Source: Sphyrna mokarran
Lineage: Eukaryota
Length of the DNA stretch: 64,000 nucleotides
Direction of reading: 5' to 3'
Assembly (NCBI GenBank): GCA_024679065.1
Contig: JAGIQG010000040.1
Location: 10,230,001-10,294,000, forward strand
Shown: positions 60,362 through 64,000 of the stretch, piece by piece
How positions within the stretch are numbered: position 1 is the first letter of the stretch
Layout: every line of letters starts with the position of its first letter
Program-made: the position numbers and the translations under genes
The notes under the pieces: generated by a model
What the model saw: the letters and a program-made list of their open reading frames with translations, nothing else
Databases searched by the model: none
Told to the model about the DNA's origin: nothing

Positions 60362-60367
60362 AATAAA
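60362..60367 (+). terminator. Secretory-form poly(A) signal
   Basis: AATAAA 38 bp after the stop, with a T/GT-rich tract at ~60409-60427. Confidence 0.8.
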
Positions 60368-61419
60368 ATATTTTCCCCTAACGATAAATTAAATATCCAA
60401 TTGCTTAATTGATTGTTTTTCAGTGTTACTGCCATTATCTACCTTTGTTTTGAGTCAGATATTTTCAGTTTCGGGCCCAAGTCTTATTGAACCAGTGCGC
60501 CCTGCTCAGATATATCCTGGGTTAGAGACAGAGTAGAGCACATTCATTACAGAATTCTGCAAAATATCTTTACCGACTTTCCTCCCGTTGAGGAAACAAC
60601 CAACAATTTCAACATTTCTGACAAACAAGCACAGCATTTAGATCTCGGTATTCCTGCTTCTCCCATTTCCCATGTCTTTAGCCATTATTGCCAGCGTTAA
60701 GCTGCTGTACCACACCCACTGGGAACTGAAGTGAGGGTCACACAAAAACATGGAGCAACAATCCCCCCATCAGAGAGAGGAGAGTGAAATTGTTAACATA
60801 CCAGATTCCAACTCACCCAAGAAGAGAGAGGAAGAGCAGTAGCTAACCCATGTACCACAACTTCCCCAATGAAAACAGGAGGAACGTTTAATCTATTGTA
60901 CATCCACTTCCTTAGTGGTTAGAACCATCGGGGACATTGCTTCACCAGGTAGAGAGAGGGAAACTATGATTTCTCTATCCTCCCTCTCCCTAAGTAGTGT
61001 GTTTGGAAGTGAATGACTATTTATTATAAGTGCCCAACAGTACAAACTAGCTCCCAGTTTATTTGCGCCAGGCGCTGAAATATCATTACCTTAATCATTG
61101 TAATACATATATACTTATGCAACATATATAATTTAAACATGTTTCAACACTCCTGTTCCTGTTAATCAAATGCTAGTATTGATTTCCTATGAAGCAAATT
61201 TAAACAAATAATAGAATCCTCACCGATTTTCACTTGCCTGTCCCTGGGTTTCTGAAATGCATAAACGAATTACTTCATTCGCTCTCCTGATGTCACCGTG
61301 GCACTCATATAAAATAAATTCATGCAGCAAACACTGAAAATATATAGTCCATTATTCGTATAGTTTGGATCATGTTCAGTTAATGATTGCAGTAAAACAT
61401 GGAGCAACTGTAAAAAAAA

Positions 61420-62850
61420 TACACACACTGACAATAATGCACAGAAGTGTCATAATTGTAAGTACACACATAGATATGCGCGCTCGCGCTCGCGCAGACA
61501 CACACATACACACACACACATCACACACACATACACACACACACACACACATCGACATAAATACACAAATACACACACAAATACACATACTCACACATAT
61601 GCACACAAATACAGAAAGACGCAAGTAAACACACATAATCGCATTTACATACAACCACCCGTCCCCCCACCACCCACATAATATACAGAAGAACTGACAA
61701 GCACATTCAAATACAAACACAAAAGCAAACACATTCATAACACACATATAAATACACACAAAAACACAGAGAAACATGCATACATACAAGTATGTATTCA
61801 TATAACATAAGAAAATGCAAGATATGCACAAAGGAACATCAACAAGCACACTCATGCAAATACACTCATGGGCAATACATACGTGAGCAAAAATACTCAC
61901 ATACAGAAATACGCTCTGACACTAATATTTCCATGATTAAATGTCCAGAGGTACACATACATTCTTTCTCTCTCTCAGAACATGCACACACTTACACACT
62001 TACACACACACACACACGAACACATATATACGCATGTACATGCACAATTGACATGCACTTGTACAAACAGGCAGGAAAGCAACATGCGCTCAAATAATCA
62101 CGTATACAAAAACATACACATATGGAAATGCAAACACACAAGTACACAAACACACACACACACACACAAAAAAAAAATATGCGAATAAGTACATAGGACC
62201 AACTCAAACAGATACATGTATATTCACATTACAGACAGATGCACATGCATGCAGATCCACATACATACAGTTAGATAAACACGTTATCAGGATTATAGGT
62301 ATAGAGACACGTAATGTTCTGCACATTAACACTCAAACATGGAAAATACATATAAACACATTAACATCTGCACATAGATGGCCAGAGTCAAACTTCTACA
62401 CGCAAAACAAGCTTATACAGAACGCAACACCATAGCACACATGGAAACATAAACATACATCAACACATCGTTATGAAGAGCTAGCAGCAGATATATACAT
62501 ACACTAACAAGTTAACAGACATGCATACAATCAGACGGAGGAACAGACGCACAGAGAATGGGAAGAAAACCATCCTCGTGTGACAGAAATTAACACGTTA
62601 AATAGGCATGATCACATGCACACATTGTGAGTGGAATTAGTAAATATGCATAGATTTCACACAATGAGAACCATATCGCCACGTTGTCAGCAGAATAAAA
62701 TGTACACAGATGCAGACACACAACTACACAATTCAACAAGCACAGGCAAATGAACACATTCATTAACCCTCATACACACACATTAACGCAGGACCAAAGG
62801 TTAATGCAGACCACGAGATGCTCATGCATAAGCATACAAACACAAATTGC
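61420..62850 (+). repeat. Degenerate CA-rich tract between the secretory poly(A) site and TM1
   Basis: (CA)n runs and CA-rich sequence over ~1.4 kb. Confidence 0.88.
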
Positions 62851-63320
62851 ACCGATAAACACGTTGAAAAACTAAATTTAAGCTAATGATCTACTAACCA
62901 TTTCCACCACCAATGAAAAAAGATCAGAAATTACATCCAGCTCTTAAACAGCAGCATTCACAATTTACAGATCAGTCACCATCTGTGAAAACAATCATTG
63001 ATCAGTGAAATTTTCCTGATATCACTCATAAGATTCTGCTATAAGGAATAGTGGCAAACAGTTCAAAAATGAACTGACACTCAAGAAAACATCTTCAATG
63101 TTTTTGACATGGACTGTCCAAGGAATGTACATAAAGATCAGGTGTGAAATTACGGAGATCGGTTATTGAGTGCCCTGAATTTAACAGTAGATATACAATG
63201 AAAATTATACAACAGAATAAATTAACCGTTTATGAAGGAGAACGGGGAAAGAAAAGTAACAATAAGATTCCCTGGATAAATAAAGCAATCTAATTTCATT
63301 TCCCGGCCTCCCTCCTCTAG

Positions 63321-63448
63321 ACTCTATCGACCCCAACTGGATTAACGACAATGAGGATGATAACAGCAACACCTGGACAACTGCTTCCACATTCATCGTC
63401 CTGTTCTTCCTGAGCATTTTGTACAGTACTGCCGTCACTCTGGTGAAG
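63321..63448 (+). CDS. IGHM: IgM TM1 exon
   Basis: CTCCTCTAG acceptor; [43 protein letters not shown] contains the conserved antigen-receptor TM motif. Confidence 0.95.
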
Positions 63449-63588
63449 GTGAAATGATCCAATTTACTCACATTTCAATCTGGCAGAATGAATTTGAAAA
63501 ATCTCAGAATCTTTCACTGATTAAGAACCCTAACTTTAATGTCCCGCATCATCAGCATCTGCTTCATTCTTGTATCTTTCTTTTACAG

Positions 63589-63597
63589 GTCAAGTAA
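63589..63597 (+). CDS. IGHM: IgM TM2 exon coding part (V-K-stop)
   Basis: Pyrimidine tract + TTTTACAG|GTC AAG TAA, 140 bp after the TM1 donor. Confidence 0.8.
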   Translation, partial: VK

Positions 63598-64000
63598 TGA
63601 ATTGATTTCTGGACGCTGTAGATTCACCACATCTGATAATCCAAACCTCAGAATGACACAAATACAATATCTACTCTTGGTGACTCTATTAGAAAAATTC
63701 TCTCAGTTTTTCGTTCTGAATCTGTAACTGGTGCATTATAGACGTTATTTCAGTTTTCAGTGTAAAATGTAAAATGAGGCATGTTTTTGTTATAATGTAA
63801 TTGTGGTTAATAGTTTGCCCCTAGTTTACATATCATGTATTAATAAGAAACCTTTATCATTCCTTATTCACATTTGTTAATTCCTCGTTCTAATAAGATT
63901 CTGTTTTCTCTTCCTCGTGTATGTAACAGATGTACAAATATTGACGGATTCCCTGTACGTGTTCTGTTCTCAATGTGAAGCTCGATCGTTATGTCACTTT

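Overview
Cartilaginous-fish (shark-like) genomic DNA, rich in CR1 LINEs, V-SINE/HE1-like SINEs and Penelope-like remnants, with one 100-N gap. The right third holds a complete, apparently intact, unrearranged IgM heavy-chain minilocus on the + strand: leader, VH(23-RSS), (12)D1(22), (12)D2(12), (23)JH, Cmu1-Cmu4 with secretory tail, TM1 and TM2 (45424-63597). The left part holds a small cluster of two-exon GPR139/GPR142-like GPCR genes (exon 1 of one gene, one intact 326-aa gene, one pseudogene), two tandem C2H2 zinc-finger pseudogenes behind a CpG-rich promoter, and decayed tRNA-Val and tRNA-Glu copies. Most notable: (i) the IgM secretory tailpiece has lost its N-glycan sequon and carries Arg at a core hydrophobic position, suggesting a monomer-biased IgM subclass; (ii) the V-K-stop cytoplasmic tail is encoded twice, so spliced and unspliced TM transcripts give the same protein; (iii) Cmu2 has a weak acceptor and is bracketed by same-orientation CR1 copies; (iv) a RUNX/ETS/E-box cluster lies ~9 kb upstream of VH; (v) the VH promoter has a doubly palindromic structure; (vi) a 36-bp-period CCAAT array. 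All functional interpretations are inference, family assignments are from recall rather than database searches, and repeat boundaries are approximate.
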